64,000 nt of DNA from an uncultured bacterium. GTDB taxonomy: Bacteria > Bacteroidota > Ignavibacteria > Kapaibacteriales > UBA2268. A program made the translations under genes and the position numbers. The notes beneath the pieces were generated by a model, which had not been told where the DNA came from, searched no databases, and saw only the letters and a program-made list of their open reading frames with translations. The stretch's first letter is position 1. Each line of letters starts with the position of its first letter. Below, piece after piece: positions 9,162 through 19,923 of this stretch. Location: the NCBI GenBank assembly GCA_942492935.1, contig OW818654.1, positions 2,412,640 to 2,476,639 on the forward strand. The letters run 5' to 3'.

Positions 9162-10289
9162 ATGAAAAGAGTAGCAATTATAATGGCGGGAGGTTCAGGT
9201 GAAAGATTCTGGCCCCTAAGCCGTGCAAAACGTCCGAAGCAATTATTAAATTTAAATTCCCAAAGTCAAACAATGATTGAGGAATCAATAGATAGAATTT
9301 CTTCATTGATACCTGCTGAAGATATTTATATTATAACAAGTTCAATTTTATTAGAACCAATCAGAAATGCTTTGCCAAATTTACCAGCTGAAAATGTAAT
9401 TGCCGAGCCAGCAAAGCGTAATACAGGACCTTGTTTGGCATTAGCTGCAGCATTTATTAAAGAAAAGTACAATTCTTTTGATTATTCAGATAACCAAATT
9501 TCAATTGCTGTATTAACCGCTGACCAAAGAATTGAACCAGCAGAATTATTTGTGAAAACTGTTGATGATGTCTTATCATATATAGAAAATCATAATGTAT
9601 TGGCAACTATTGGCATTATGCCATCTCGCCCGGAAACTGGCTATGGTTATATTCATATTGCTGATAAATTTGAAAAAAATGATAAACCTCAGATTCAATC
9701 TGTAATTAAATTTCTTGAAAAGCCAAATATTGAAAAAGCACAAGAATTTGTTGAAGCTGAAAATTACTTGTGGAATTCTGGAATGTTTTTCTGGAGATTA
9801 GATTATTTCATCGAAGAATTAACTAATCATTTATCAGAAGTTGGAAATAAAATAGAGGAACTTTGTAGTTTATATAGAAATAAAACCAATTTACAATTGC
9901 CAGACTTTTTGCCAACTGCAAAAGAATTATATGAATCTTTTCCTAATATTTCAATCGACTATGCTTTGATGGAAAAAGCAAAAAATGTTGTTGTTGCAAA
10001 GGCACTATTTGATTGGGATGATATTGGTTCATTTGATTCATTAGACAGAGTGCATTCAAAAGATGAATCTTGTAATATTTCGATAGGAATGAACTCACTT
10101 ATAGAAACAAGTAATTCAATTGTTTTTAATTCTTCAAAAGAAAAAATGATTGTTGCTACTCTTGGTTTAGATGAAATGGTTGTAATTGTTACAGATGATG
10201 CTGTTATGGTTTGCCCCAAAAACAGAGTACAAGAGATAAAAAAGAATGTTGAAGATATAAGAAAACAAGGCAAGATTGACTGGTTGTAA
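9162..10289 (+). CDS. manC: Mannose-1-phosphate guanylyltransferase (nucleotidyltransferase domain only).
   Basis: 375 aa. N terminus AIIMAGGSGERFWPLSR, typical of GDP-mannose pyrophosphorylases. Confidence 0.75.
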   Translation: MKRVAIIMAGGSGERFWPLSRAKRPKQLLNLNSQSQTMIEESIDRISSLIPAEDIYIITSSILLEPIRNALPNLPAENVIAEPAKRNTGPCLALAAAFIKEKYNSFDYSDNQISIAVLTADQRIEPAELFVKTVDDVLSYIENHNVLATIGIMPSRPETGYGYIHIADKFEKNDKPQIQSVIKFLEKPNIEKAQEFVEAENYLWNSGMFFWRLDYFIEELTNHLSEVGNKIEELCSLYRNKTNLQLPDFLPTAKELYESFPNISIDYALMEKAKNVVVAKALFDWDDIGSFDSLDRVHSKDESCNISIGMNSLIETSNSIVFNSSKEKMIVATLGLDEMVVIVTDDAVMVCPKNRVQEIKKNVEDIRKQGKIDWL

Positions 10290-10573
10290 AAATTTATTTT
10301 ACCGATTTACTTTATTAATTTTTCAAATAGCATTTTTGAATTAGTATAGATACTATATTGCGTAAAAAGATGAAAATTAATATTAATTTTTTAATTTAAT
10401 ATTTTTTTTTAATAGCAATTTAGTATCAACACTTATTCAATCAACAAATTCAACATAAATTAATTTAACTAAATATTAACTTGTTCTTTAATTTGGATAA
10501 GAATTAAAAATTCTAATAATGTATCTAACTAATTTAATTTCAACAGATTAGAATTAAGACTTAAGAATATTTG

Positions 10574-10645
10574 TAGCGCATACGGGGATTGAACCCGTGT
10601 TTCCGGCGTGAGAGGCCAGCGTCCTAACCACTAAACGAATGCGCC
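10574..10645 (-). tRNA. tRNA-Glu, anticodon CUC. The CCA tail is not encoded.
   Basis: Manual cloverleaf. Acceptor GGCGCAT/ATGCGCT, D arm GTTT..GGAC, anticodon stem CTGGC/GCCGG with loop CTCTCAC, T arm ACGGG TTCAATC CCCGT, discriminator A. Confidence 0.75.
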
Positions 10646-10823
10646 AATATGTAAATATCCCTTATAATCTACATTTAGTCTATCTTATTTCAAACGAAAT
10701 TTACTTAAATCAAACTTTATTCTGCACAACATTCGCACAGTTATAAATTACTACATCAAATTTCATCTTTATAGAAAGCAAAATTAATCAATTTAATGCT
10801 ATTATCAAAACTTTAAAATTAAT

Positions 10824-12338
10824 ATGAAAAAAAGTGTGATTAATAAGTATTTTCTTATTAATTTTCAATCTTTACAAAAATGCAAAAACGAAAAACTTAT
10901 GAATAGTAAATTTACGAGTAAAGAAGGATTATTGCCACAGTTAGGTTTATTCACTACTATCTCAATTGTTGTTGGAGCAGTTATTGGCTCCGGAATTTTT
11001 AGAAAGCCAGCATTTATGGCTGCTGAATTAGGCACACCTGAATTACTAATCGGGATTTGGGTCATCACAGGAATTGTAACATTATTTGGTGCATTATCAA
11101 ATGCTGAAGTAGCATCTATGATAACAGAAACTGGTGGACAGTATGTATTTTTTCAAAAAATGTATGGTGAGATGACTGCCTATATATATGGTTGGGCGAT
11201 TTTGGTAGTAATTCAAACGGGTTCAATAGCTTCAATTACTTATGTTTTTGCAGAATATTCTCAATATTTCTTTGAATTACCAAGGTTTTCTAAAGAAATA
11301 GAAAATTCATTTACTTTATATTTACCTTTCATTGGAAAATTTTATCCTTTGATGAATATTGGAGTTAAGTCATTAACAATATTTGTCATTTTACTTCTTA
11401 CAACTGTTAATTATTTTGGTATTAAATATGGTGGCTATGTTGCAAATATATTTACATCTGCTAAAGTATTAGCAATGCTAATACTTGTAATATTTGCTTT
11501 TAGTTTTACAGGTGGTAGTTTCGATAACTTTGTTATCAGTTCATCACATTCTCTTCCATCAGGTTCGTTAGTTGCGGGAATTGTTGCGGCACTTTCTGCT
11601 GCATTTTGGGCGTATGATGGTTGGAATAATGTAACATATATTGCAAGTGAAATTAAGAATCCCCAAAAAAATATTCCTAAAGCATTAATTATTGGAACAT
11701 TGATTATAGTTGGTGTTTATGTATTGATTAATCTGGCATATTTATATGTAATGCCTGTATCTGAAATGAAAGATTCTACTCTTGTAGCGTCAGATGTTGC
11801 TAAATTGGCAATAGGACCAATGGGCGGAGCATTGATAGCAGCATTAGTAATGGTTTCTACTTTTGGAACAGCTAATGGAACAATAATGGTTAGTGCAAGA
11901 GTTTACTTTGCAATGGCGAGAAATAAAATGTTTTATGGACCAATTGGATTAACTCATAAGAAATATCATACTCCAGCAAATGCTTTGATACTGCAAGCAT
12001 TTTGGACTTCTGTTCTTGTTTTAAGTGGTTCTTTTGATGATTTGACCGATATGCTTATTTTTGTAAGTTGGATTTTTTATGCTTTCGGTGCTTATGGCTT
12101 ATTTGTTTTAAGAAAAAAGATGAGTGATGTTCATAGACCTTACAAAGTTCCTTGGTATCCGTTCACCCCAGCAATATTTATTTTATTTGCATTCGGATTT
12201 GTTGTTCTTACACTTTATACCGATATACAAAATTACTATCAAGGTAGAACAGAAATTATTAACTCAGTTTTTGGTTTACTATTGACCTTGATTGGATTAC
12301 CCTTGTACTATTATTTTAAAAAAAGGAATCATAAATGA
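10824..12338 (+). CDS. Amino acid permease of the APC superfamily. The true start is possibly Met at 10899.
   Basis: 12-TM protein with APC-family motifs (GSGIF, FWAYDGWNN). Confidence 0.75.
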   Translation: MKKSVINKYFLINFQSLQKCKNEKLMNSKFTSKEGLLPQLGLFTTISIVVGAVIGSGIFRKPAFMAAELGTPELLIGIWVITGIVTLFGALSNAEVASMITETGGQYVFFQKMYGEMTAYIYGWAILVVIQTGSIASITYVFAEYSQYFFELPRFSKEIENSFTLYLPFIGKFYPLMNIGVKSLTIFVILLLTTVNYFGIKYGGYVANIFTSAKVLAMLILVIFAFSFTGGSFDNFVISSSHSLPSGSLVAGIVAALSAAFWAYDGWNNVTYIASEIKNPQKNIPKALIIGTLIIVGVYVLINLAYLYVMPVSEMKDSTLVASDVAKLAIGPMGGALIAALVMVSTFGTANGTIMVSARVYFAMARNKMFYGPIGLTHKKYHTPANALILQAFWTSVLVLSGSFDDLTDMLIFVSWIFYAFGAYGLFVLRKKMSDVHRPYKVPWYPFTPAIFILFAFGFVVLTLYTDIQNYYQGRTEIINSVFGLLLTLIGLPLYYYFKKRNHK

Positions 12339-13357
12339 AATTAGTTGTTTCTATTGGTGATATAAATGGAATTGGTTTGGAATGTTTCTTTAAATCATTA
12401 CCAAATTTTAAACACTTTTGCAATCTTGATGTATTTCTTTTTGGCAATGACAAACTAATTACCAAATATTTAAATTTATTAAACATTTCTTATGAAATGA
12501 AGAGTGACTTTATAAAAATCTACAATCAGAATATCCAATTAGTTCATATTGATGCCAAAGCTCCTATTATTAGATTTGGTGCTACAAATGTTGAATCAGG
12601 TATTATTGCTATTGATTCATTAGAACTTGCCACAGAATTTGTATCAAAAAATAATGATGCTGCATTACTCACTCTTCCAATTACCAAGAAATCGATGTAC
12701 TTAGCGGGCTGGGAATTTCCCGGGCATACAGAATATCTTGCTTCAAAATTTGGAGTTGAAAATCCAGTTATGATACTTTTCAATAACAAAATGAGAGTTG
12801 CACTTGTTACAATTCATATTCCTATAAAAGAAGTAGCACATAGTATCAATGCTGAATTATTTGAAAATATATGTATTGCTTTTGCCAAATCTCTAAAAAA
12901 TGATTTTGATATAGGAGTACCTAAAATAGCTGTTCTTGGTTTAAATCCTCATAGTGGAGAAAACGGTTCTATAGGAAATGAAGAAGTAGAGATTTTACTT
13001 CCTACTTTGAATAAAATTAATATGTTGAACCACAACAAGTTTATTTTTTTCGGACCTTTTCCTTCTGATGGATTTTTTGCTAATCATAGTTATAATAAAT
13101 ATGACGGAGTGATTGCAATGTATCATGACCAAGGTCTAATACCACTAAAAATGCTCGATTACAAGTCTGGTGTAAATTATACTGCTGGTTTGCCAATAGT
13201 CAGAGTTTCTCCCGACCATGGTAGCGCTCATGCAATTGCAGGAAAGGGAATTGCTGACCATAATTCTACTTTAAGTGCAATCAATGCTGCTTTTAACATT
13301 ACTAATTCAAGAATAAAAAATATAAAAATGCAAGCAAATACATCAATATATCATTGA
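12335..13357 (+). CDS. pdxA: 4-hydroxythreonine-4-phosphate dehydrogenase.
   Basis: 340 aa. Motifs GDINGIGLE, PGHTEYLA and HGSAHAIAGKGIAD. Confidence 0.85.
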   Translation: MKLVVSIGDINGIGLECFFKSLPNFKHFCNLDVFLFGNDKLITKYLNLLNISYEMKSDFIKIYNQNIQLVHIDAKAPIIRFGATNVESGIIAIDSLELATEFVSKNNDAALLTLPITKKSMYLAGWEFPGHTEYLASKFGVENPVMILFNNKMRVALVTIHIPIKEVAHSINAELFENICIAFAKSLKNDFDIGVPKIAVLGLNPHSGENGSIGNEEVEILLPTLNKINMLNHNKFIFFGPFPSDGFFANHSYNKYDGVIAMYHDQGLIPLKMLDYKSGVNYTAGLPIVRVSPDHGSAHAIAGKGIADHNSTLSAINAAFNITNSRIKNIKMQANTSIYH

Positions 13358-13550
13358 AAAAGCAATTTATATGATATATGTAACAATTTATAATAAGCTA
13401 TTTTCAAAGATTTTATATAATATTTCTAATATAAAAAAATCCGGAATGTATTTCATTTGTGTAGCAAGATAATGATTTAAAGCAATCTTGAATTTCATTT
13501 GGAATTAAAAGTGTATAAATGCGAAATATTCAATAATCAAAGAAAACCCT

Positions 13551-13583
13551 CCAAAATTAAATATTTTGAAGGGTTCAATAAAT
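13551..13583. terminator. Bidirectional terminator hairpin (AACCCTCCAAAAT ... ATTTTGAAGGGTT) between the convergent pdxA and lipoprotein genes.
   Basis: Stem of about 12 bp with one mismatch. It lies between two converging stop codons. Confidence 0.45.
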
Positions 13584-13601
13584 AAATCTATGCAACAAGA
13601 A

Positions 13602-14246
13602 TTAATACTTTGCTAATTCACTTAAATTCATTGATGATGCAACTTTTTTAAGTAATTCACAATTATCTAACTCATCACCTTCTAAAGTTATATAAAATCT
13701 ATATGAAACTGCGAAAAACATTTCTGCTCTTTTAGAACTTTTATTGTAAGATTCCATTCCATATACATTTTCAATACCAGATTTATAGGTTTTTTGCCAG
13801 CCATCAGTAGATTCAATATTTAAATTACTTTGAGTCCACATTGCTAAAGCACCCCATGTTTCATATCCCTGATTGTAATCAGCAATTGTAACTTTCACAT
13901 TTGAAGTATTATTATCTTTAGCAAATTCAATTGTAGCTGTAGAAAGCGAAAAACCACCGTAATTTGCTGTTTGCCCTTCAGGTTTAGAAGCAACAAATCC
14001 ATCTAAATTTTTTGGAAGGAATTCAATAAGTTTAGAAAAGTGCATTGCTAATGTATCGCCACGTTTTCTTCTTTCCTCAAATTTGATTTGAGATGCGTTA
14101 GTACCCTTTTCAAAATTTTCTGCAATTTCAGGTGCTTTTGAAATCACTTCAGCTGCATTTTTTATTTCATCTACTTTTTCCCCACAAGAAACAAATAAGA
14201 ATGAAATTATGGCAAATATCAAAATATTTTTTAAATTCATAATCAA
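13602..14246 (-). CDS. Hypothetical lipoprotein (signal peptide with lipobox LFVSC).
   Basis: N terminus MNLKNILIFAIISFLFVSCG. No recognised catalytic motif. Confidence 0.5.
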   Translation of the reverse strand: MIMNLKNILIFAIISFLFVSCGEKVDEIKNAAEVISKAPEIAENFEKGTNASQIKFEERRKRGDTLAMHFSKLIEFLPKNLDGFVASKPEGQTANYGGFSLSTATIEFAKDNNTSNVKVTIADYNQGYETWGALAMWTQSNLNIESTDGWQKTYKSGIENVYGMESYNKSSKRAEMFFAVSYRFYITLEGDELDNCELLKKVASSMNLSELAKY

Positions 14247-14395
14247 ACCAAAATAACTTATAAATAACTATTACAAAATTAACAAATAGTATTCAATCTA
14301 TCAATTAATTTATGTTAATCAGAATTAGAAGTTTAGTAACAAGCTTTTATGATATTAATTCTCCATTTAAAGTTTGATTGAATTCATTAAATTTA

Positions 14396-15262
14396 CTATT
14401 TTAATGTTAAAAATTGTTTTAGCGAATACTCCCAATTTGGAATCTCAATATTTAAAATATCAGCAATTTGATTATTTGACATAGCTGAATAATGAGGTCT
14501 TTGAGCAGGCAAATTAAAATCTATGAGTTTGGCTGGTTCAATTTTTGCATTTGATTCAGTTAATTTAATTATTTCATTTGCCCAATCATATCTGGAGCAA
14601 AAACCAGAATTAACAAGATGATAGAGTCCATAAATGCCCTGTTTTAGTGAATCTAACACAACTTCAGAAATCAATTTTGTACTTGTAGGAACTGAAATTT
14701 CATCATTTACTACTTTAATTGTTTTATTAGTTTTAACCCATTCATTTAATTTATAAATGAAATTTTGTTTTCCATTTCCATAAACCCAACTAAGCCTAAA
14801 AATCAAGTATCTGTCTGTAATATCGCAAATTCCTCTCTCTCCAGCTAATTTACTTTCGCCATATTTATTAATTGGATTTGTTAAATCCTGCTCAATGTAA
14901 GTTGAATTTTTTGCACCATCGAATACATAATCAGAGCTAAAGTGAACAAAAAATGCTTTACTCTTTTCGCAAAGTTCAGCAATATTCTTAACACCTTCTG
15001 AATTAGTTTTGAAAGCATCTTCAGGTTTTGATTCTGCTAAATCCACATTATTATAAGCAGCACAATTAATTACAATGTCGGGTTTAACAGATACAAACAT
15101 TTCTTTTAGAAAAGTTCTATCCGAAATGTCAAGTTCCGGTAAATCATAACCAATATATTGGATATTTTTCTCAGCAAATAATCTTTCAAATTCTTTTGCT
15201 AATTGTCCCTTATTACCTAATATTAAATATTTCATATTTTTTTCTTGATTATTTGTATGCAA
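14396..15262 (-). CDS. rfbD: dTDP-4-dehydrorhamnose reductase.
   Basis: 288 aa Rossmann protein at the end of the rfb cluster. N terminus ILGNKGQLAKEF. Confidence 0.8.
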   Translation of the reverse strand: MHTNNQEKNMKYLILGNKGQLAKEFERLFAEKNIQYIGYDLPELDISDRTFLKEMFVSVKPDIVINCAAYNNVDLAESKPEDAFKTNSEGVKNIAELCEKSKAFFVHFSSDYVFDGAKNSTYIEQDLTNPINKYGESKLAGERGICDITDRYLIFRLSWVYGNGKQNFIYKLNEWVKTNKTIKVVNDEISVPTSTKLISEVVLDSLKQGIYGLYHLVNSGFCSRYDWANEIIKLTESNAKIEPAKLIDFNLPAQRPHYSAMSNNQIADILNIEIPNWEYSLKQFLTLK

Positions 15263-16238
15263 TTTTCCAGTATTCTCTGAGATATTCGAGTTTGCTTTTT
15301 GCCCAATTTATGTTTTCCAAATACCACTCGACCGTGTTTTTTATACCTTCTTCAAAATTGATTTTTGGAGTCCAACTAAGTTCATTTTCGATTTTATCAA
15401 TATTTACAGAATATCTGAAATCATGACCAAGTCTGTCTTTCACAAATTCAATCAAATCTTCATCCTTGTTTAATAATTTTAGGATTGATTTCACTACATC
15501 AATATTTTGCCTTTCGTTGTTACTGCCTATATTATAAACACTTCCTGCGTTTGCTTTTTCGAGAGTAGTCATGATGGCATTTGCACAATCGGAAACAAAA
15601 AGCCATTCTCTTATATTCAATCCTGCACCATAAACTGGAATTTTTTCGTTATGAAGTGCTTTCAAAATCACAACAGGCACTAATTTTTCAGGATATTGCC
15701 AAGGTCCGTAATTGTTTGACGGACGCAGAGTAACAACGGGTAATTGATAAGTTCTAAAATATGCTCTGCCAAGCATATCTGCTGAGGTTTTGCTTACTGA
15801 ATATGGACTATTTGGCACAAGTGGTGTATTTTCGTAAAACTGTCCATCATGCCCCAATTCTCCATAGACTTCATCTGTTGCAATATTTATAAATTTTTGG
15901 ATATTGGATTTTTTTGCTAAATCAAGCAAATTATTTGTGCCAATAACATTTGTGCTCATAAATGGAGATGCATCGAGAATACTCCGGTCAACGTGGGTTT
16001 CTGCGGCAAAATGAACTACTTCTTCTGGCATGAAGTCAGCAAAAACATCAGCCAACTTTGTTTTATCTGCAATATCGCAATTATAAAATTTATAATTATT
16101 TGAGAATTTTTCAAGTCGTGCAAGATCGCCAGCATAAGTCAAACAATCAACAACTGCAATTTCATAGTTTTTTTCAAGTGCTTGACGTACAAATTCACTT
16201 CCAATAAATCCAGCACCGCCGGTTACGAGTAATTTCAT
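15249..16238 (-). CDS. rfbB: dTDP-glucose 4,6-dehydratase.
   Basis: 329 aa. Motifs TGGAGFIGSEF and the YSVSK active site (YxxxK). Confidence 0.85.
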   Translation of the reverse strand: MKLLVTGGAGFIGSEFVRQALEKNYEIAVVDCLTYAGDLARLEKFSNNYKFYNCDIADKTKLADVFADFMPEEVVHFAAETHVDRSILDASPFMSTNVIGTNNLLDLAKKSNIQKFINIATDEVYGELGHDGQFYENTPLVPNSPYSVSKTSADMLGRAYFRTYQLPVVTLRPSNNYGPWQYPEKLVPVVILKALHNEKIPVYGAGLNIREWLFVSDCANAIMTTLEKANAGSVYNIGSNNERQNIDVVKSILKLLNKDEDLIEFVKDRLGHDFRYSVNIDKIENELSWTPKINFEEGIKNTVEWYLENINWAKSKLEYLREYWKIAYK

Positions 16239-17110
16239 TGATATTCCTTAACAATTTTCAAGCAATAATTTTTATAATCGCAATTTGGCAAATTATTCAC
16301 AATTTCAAGATATTTTTCCATAGAAATAAATTTCTGTTGCAATGCAATTTCTTCAGGACAGGAGATTTTTGTGCCTTGTCGCTTTTCAATTAAATGAATA
16401 AAATTCGATGCTTCAAGCATTGCTTCAGGTGTGCCGGTATCGAGCCAAGCAACGCCGCGACCAATCATTTCAACACGTAATTTTTCTTGATTCAGATATG
16501 CTTTGTGCAAATCTGTAATCTCGATTTCGCCTCTATTTGATGGCTTTAAATCTTTTGAAATTGCGGACACATTATTATCGAAAATATACAAGCCGGGAAT
16601 TGCATAATTAGATTTAGGGGTAATTGGTTTTTCTTCAATACTAATTACATTTTGATTCTTGTCGAATTCAACAACGCCATAACTGCTTGGATTATCAACC
16701 TGATATGCAAAGATTGTTCCACCATTGTTGTTTTTTAGTCCATTTCTAAGGAAATCAAGTTTTCCATAAAATAAATTATCGCCAAGAATCAAGCAAACCT
16801 GCTCATTATTTATAAATTCCTCACCCAGAATAAATGCTTGTGGCAATCCACCGGGAAATTGCTGAACAACATAACTTATATTGATTCCCCATTGTTCGCC
16901 ATTTCCAAGTAATTTCTCAAAATTTGGAACATCTTCCGGTGTAGAAATAATCAAAATATCTCTAATTCCGGCAAGCATAAGAGTTGAAAGCGGATAATAT
17001 ATCATCGGTTTATCGTAAATCGGCTGAAGTTGCTTACTGAATGTTGATGTAAGCGGATATAGCCGAGTTCCTTTGCCGCCTGCCAATATAATGCCTTTAG
17101 TATTTGCCAT
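16235..17110 (-). CDS. rfbA: Glucose-1-phosphate thymidylyltransferase.
   Basis: 291 aa. N terminus KGIILAGGKGTRLYPLT. Confidence 0.85.
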   Translation of the reverse strand: MANTKGIILAGGKGTRLYPLTSTFSKQLQPIYDKPMIYYPLSTLMLAGIRDILIISTPEDVPNFEKLLGNGEQWGINISYVVQQFPGGLPQAFILGEEFINNEQVCLILGDNLFYGKLDFLRNGLKNNNGGTIFAYQVDNPSSYGVVEFDKNQNVISIEEKPITPKSNYAIPGLYIFDNNVSAISKDLKPSNRGEIEITDLHKAYLNQEKLRVEMIGRGVAWLDTGTPEAMLEASNFIHLIEKRQGTKISCPEEIALQQKFISMEKYLEIVNNLPNCDYKNYCLKIVKEYQ

Positions 17111-17115
17111 ATTTT

Positions 17116-17739
17116 TTATAAATTAAATAAATCAGAATCTTGATGATTTGACCAATCTTGAAGTGAAATTGCGTTCAAATCTCTATCTCTAATAATTAAA
17201 TTGTCATTATTCAAAAGCAAATTTTTGATTGAATTATCGCAAAATCCCCAATCAATATCTTTTGCAAATATTGAAATTGATATTTCACAATTAGGATTAT
17301 AAATTCCAGAACACATATATTCAATCAAAGAATTTTCCATAACGTAAGTTCCGTGTGCAAAGCCGGGCGGAAGCCAAACCCATTCATTGTATTTCATTTC
17401 AATATTCGAAGGCATATCAACTGCAATGATTTTTCCAAAAGAAGGAGAATTTTTGCGAATGTCAAGTGCAAAATCAAACAATCTGCCAGAGATACAACGA
17501 ATTAATTTACCCATAAAAGGATTGTATTGAAAATGCAAACCACGAAATGTATTTTTATAGGAAAATGCTTCGTTAGTTTGCAAAAATTCTACATTTTGCA
17601 AAAATGGAATTTGCTCATTTCCGGTAAGTTCGCCCTTTCTATATGTTTCGCTGAAATAACCACGATGATCAGCAAAGCGTTCAAAACGCACAACTTTCAC
17701 ATCTTCGATTTCAGTATTTATTATATCAATTATTTTCAT
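17116..17739 (-). CDS. rfbC: dTDP-4-dehydrorhamnose 3,5-epimerase.
   Basis: 207 aa cupin. Motif FRGLHFQ. Confidence 0.8.
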   Translation of the reverse strand: MKIIDIINTEIEDVKVVRFERFADHRGYFSETYRKGELTGNEQIPFLQNVEFLQTNEAFSYKNTFRGLHFQYNPFMGKLIRCISGRLFDFALDIRKNSPSFGKIIAVDMPSNIEMKYNEWVWLPPGFAHGTYVMENSLIEYMCSGIYNPNCEISISIFAKDIDWGFCDNSIKNLLLNNDNLIIRDRDLNAISLQDWSNHQDSDLFNL

Positions 17740-17741
17740 AA

Positions 17742-18839
17742 TTATAAATTAAAATAATTTTCGATTGCAGAAACAACTCTACTACTTGTTTTCCCATCCC
17801 AAAGATTTGGAATTTTTGACTCTTTCCAATTGTTGTTAATTGCTTTTTGTGATAATTCCAATACTTTTTTCATATCTGTTCCTGCTAATTCATTCGAGCC
17901 CTCCCAAATTGTAACGGGGCGTTCTGTATTTTCTCTAACTGTAATACATGGAATTTTCAAAGCAGTAGTTTCCTCTTGAATACCACCAGAATCAGTAATT
18001 ACAAACTTGGAGTTACTCATTAATTTCTGAAAATCAAGATAACCGATTGGTTCTGTGATAATCAGATTTGGCATAGATGAAACAAGATTTTCCAAGCCAA
18101 AATCTCTGATTTTATGCGTTGTACGAGGGTGAACTGGAAATACAATTTTAAGATTTTGCTGAATGATTTTTAAAGTATTCAAAATTGCTGAAAGTGATTC
18201 TTTTTCATCAACATTCGATGGACGATGTAGAGTAACCAAAGCATATTCATCTTTTTTCAAATTATGCTCTGCCATTATTTTCGACTTTTCAGCAAGTGGC
18301 AAAAAGTGGAATAAAGTATCAATCATAATATTGCCAACGAGATGAATTTTACTTTTATCAACACCTTCCTTGAGCAGATTTGCAGTGCCATCTTCCGAAG
18401 GAGTTAGTAGTAAGTCGGCAAGAGAATCCGTTACTATGCGATTAATTTCTTCAGGCATTGTGCGGTCGTAACTACGTAAACCAGCTTCAAGATGAATAAT
18501 TTTGATACCTAATTTTGCGGCAACAATCGAGCAAGCCATTGTGGAATTAACATCACCAACAACGAGAATGGCATCTGGCTTCACTTCTGCGGCAACATCA
18601 TCGAATTTTTCCATAATTTTGGCAACTTGCTTTGCATGAGTATCGGAGCCAACACCAAGATAAATATCGGGCTTACGAATATTTAATTCTTCAAAAAACA
18701 ATGAAGACATTTTTTCATCATAATGCTGACCAGTATGCAATAAAAGCGGTTCGATTTTGTTGCTTTTTTCCATTGCAGTCATAACAGGAGCAATTTTCAT
18801 AAAATTTGGTCTTGCTCCAACTACATTTATTATTTTCAT
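17742..18839 (-). CDS. wecB: UDP-N-acetylglucosamine 2-epimerase (non-hydrolysing).
   Basis: 365 aa. N terminus MKIINVVGARPNFMKIAPV and the HTGQHYD motif. Confidence 0.85.
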   Translation of the reverse strand: MKIINVVGARPNFMKIAPVMTAMEKSNKIEPLLLHTGQHYDEKMSSLFFEELNIRKPDIYLGVGSDTHAKQVAKIMEKFDDVAAEVKPDAILVVGDVNSTMACSIVAAKLGIKIIHLEAGLRSYDRTMPEEINRIVTDSLADLLLTPSEDGTANLLKEGVDKSKIHLVGNIMIDTLFHFLPLAEKSKIMAEHNLKKDEYALVTLHRPSNVDEKESLSAILNTLKIIQQNLKIVFPVHPRTTHKIRDFGLENLVSSMPNLIITEPIGYLDFQKLMSNSKFVITDSGGIQEETTALKIPCITVRENTERPVTIWEGSNELAGTDMKKVLELSQKAINNNWKESKIPNLWDGKTSSRVVSAIENYFNL

Positions 18840-19050
18840 TCTAAATTTTCAATTTTTGACAAACTCAAAATTACCAAAATAATTGCTATTATTAAAATTT
18901 AAGAGAAAAATAGATTGAAATGTTATCAAGAAGAAGTACTTAATCAACTATTGATTTGAATATGCCTCAGTATTTACATTTATAATTTGAAATTTCAAAT
19001 TAGTATTTTTCTAAATTTTTTTTTATATTTTTTAAAATTCTTATGTATTT

Positions 19051-19914
19051 ATGAAAATTTTTCTTAATTTTATTATGATAAATTTTGCACAAGGGGGAAA
19101 AGTGAAAATAATTATTTTTATTGTTGTAGTTCTATTTTTTTCAAATTTAGATTTGTATTCACAAAAAGATGAAGTCAACAAATTAATCAAACTTTCTACC
19201 GAAGGAAAACTCGACGAAGTCAGAAATGCAATTCCTGATTTATTGGCAAAGTATCCAGACGATCCAGGTGTGAAATTTTTACACGCATCTGTTATTGAAG
19301 ACGCCTTACTGGCTATTGAAGTCTACAAAAGAATAATTAAAGAATTTCCAAACAATGAATTTGCAGATGATTCTTATTGGAGAATTATTCAATTTTATGC
19401 AATTATGGGTGATGTTACCAAGGCAGACGAAGAATTATTGCAATTTCGCAAAAAACATTCAACTTCGCCATTTTTAAGTCCAGCTGTTGATATTGTTAGA
19501 TCTGCAACTGCTTATGCTAATTTTTCTAAGAGGTCGACAGTAAATCCAATCAAAGCAAGAGAACAAGATAATAGGGAAAAAGAAATTCTGGGTATGTCAA
19601 ACGATAATCATACATCAAAACCAGAAACGGTTGCCAAAGAACCAATTGTCAATACTGAAAATGCAAAACCTACAGATAATGAAGTTCACTATGGTATGCA
19701 AGTCGGAATTTATAAAGACAAGAATACTGCAGAAAGTGAAAAAGCCAGATTTTTGAAATTAAGACTAAGAACTGAAATTATTGAAAAGAAAGTGCAGGGT
19801 AAAGTTATGTTTGCTGTTGTAATTGGACATTATTCATCTCAACAATCAGCTGAATCTGCAAGAAATGTAGTTGCAAAGCAATGCCAATGCGAGCCATTAA
19901 TTTATAAAAAATAG
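19051..19914 (+). CDS. Secreted TPR-like protein with a C-terminal SPOR peptidoglycan-binding domain.
   Basis: Signal/TM at the N terminus. The C-terminal 80 aa, with VHYGMQVGIY...VVIGHYSSQQSAESARN, fit the SPOR fold pattern. Confidence 0.55.
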   Translation: MKIFLNFIMINFAQGGKVKIIIFIVVVLFFSNLDLYSQKDEVNKLIKLSTEGKLDEVRNAIPDLLAKYPDDPGVKFLHASVIEDALLAIEVYKRIIKEFPNNEFADDSYWRIIQFYAIMGDVTKADEELLQFRKKHSTSPFLSPAVDIVRSATAYANFSKRSTVNPIKAREQDNREKEILGMSNDNHTSKPETVAKEPIVNTENAKPTDNEVHYGMQVGIYKDKNTAESEKARFLKLRLRTEIIEKKVQGKVMFAVVIGHYSSQQSAESARNVVAKQCQCEPLIYKK

Positions 19915-19923
19915 TAAGAAAAA

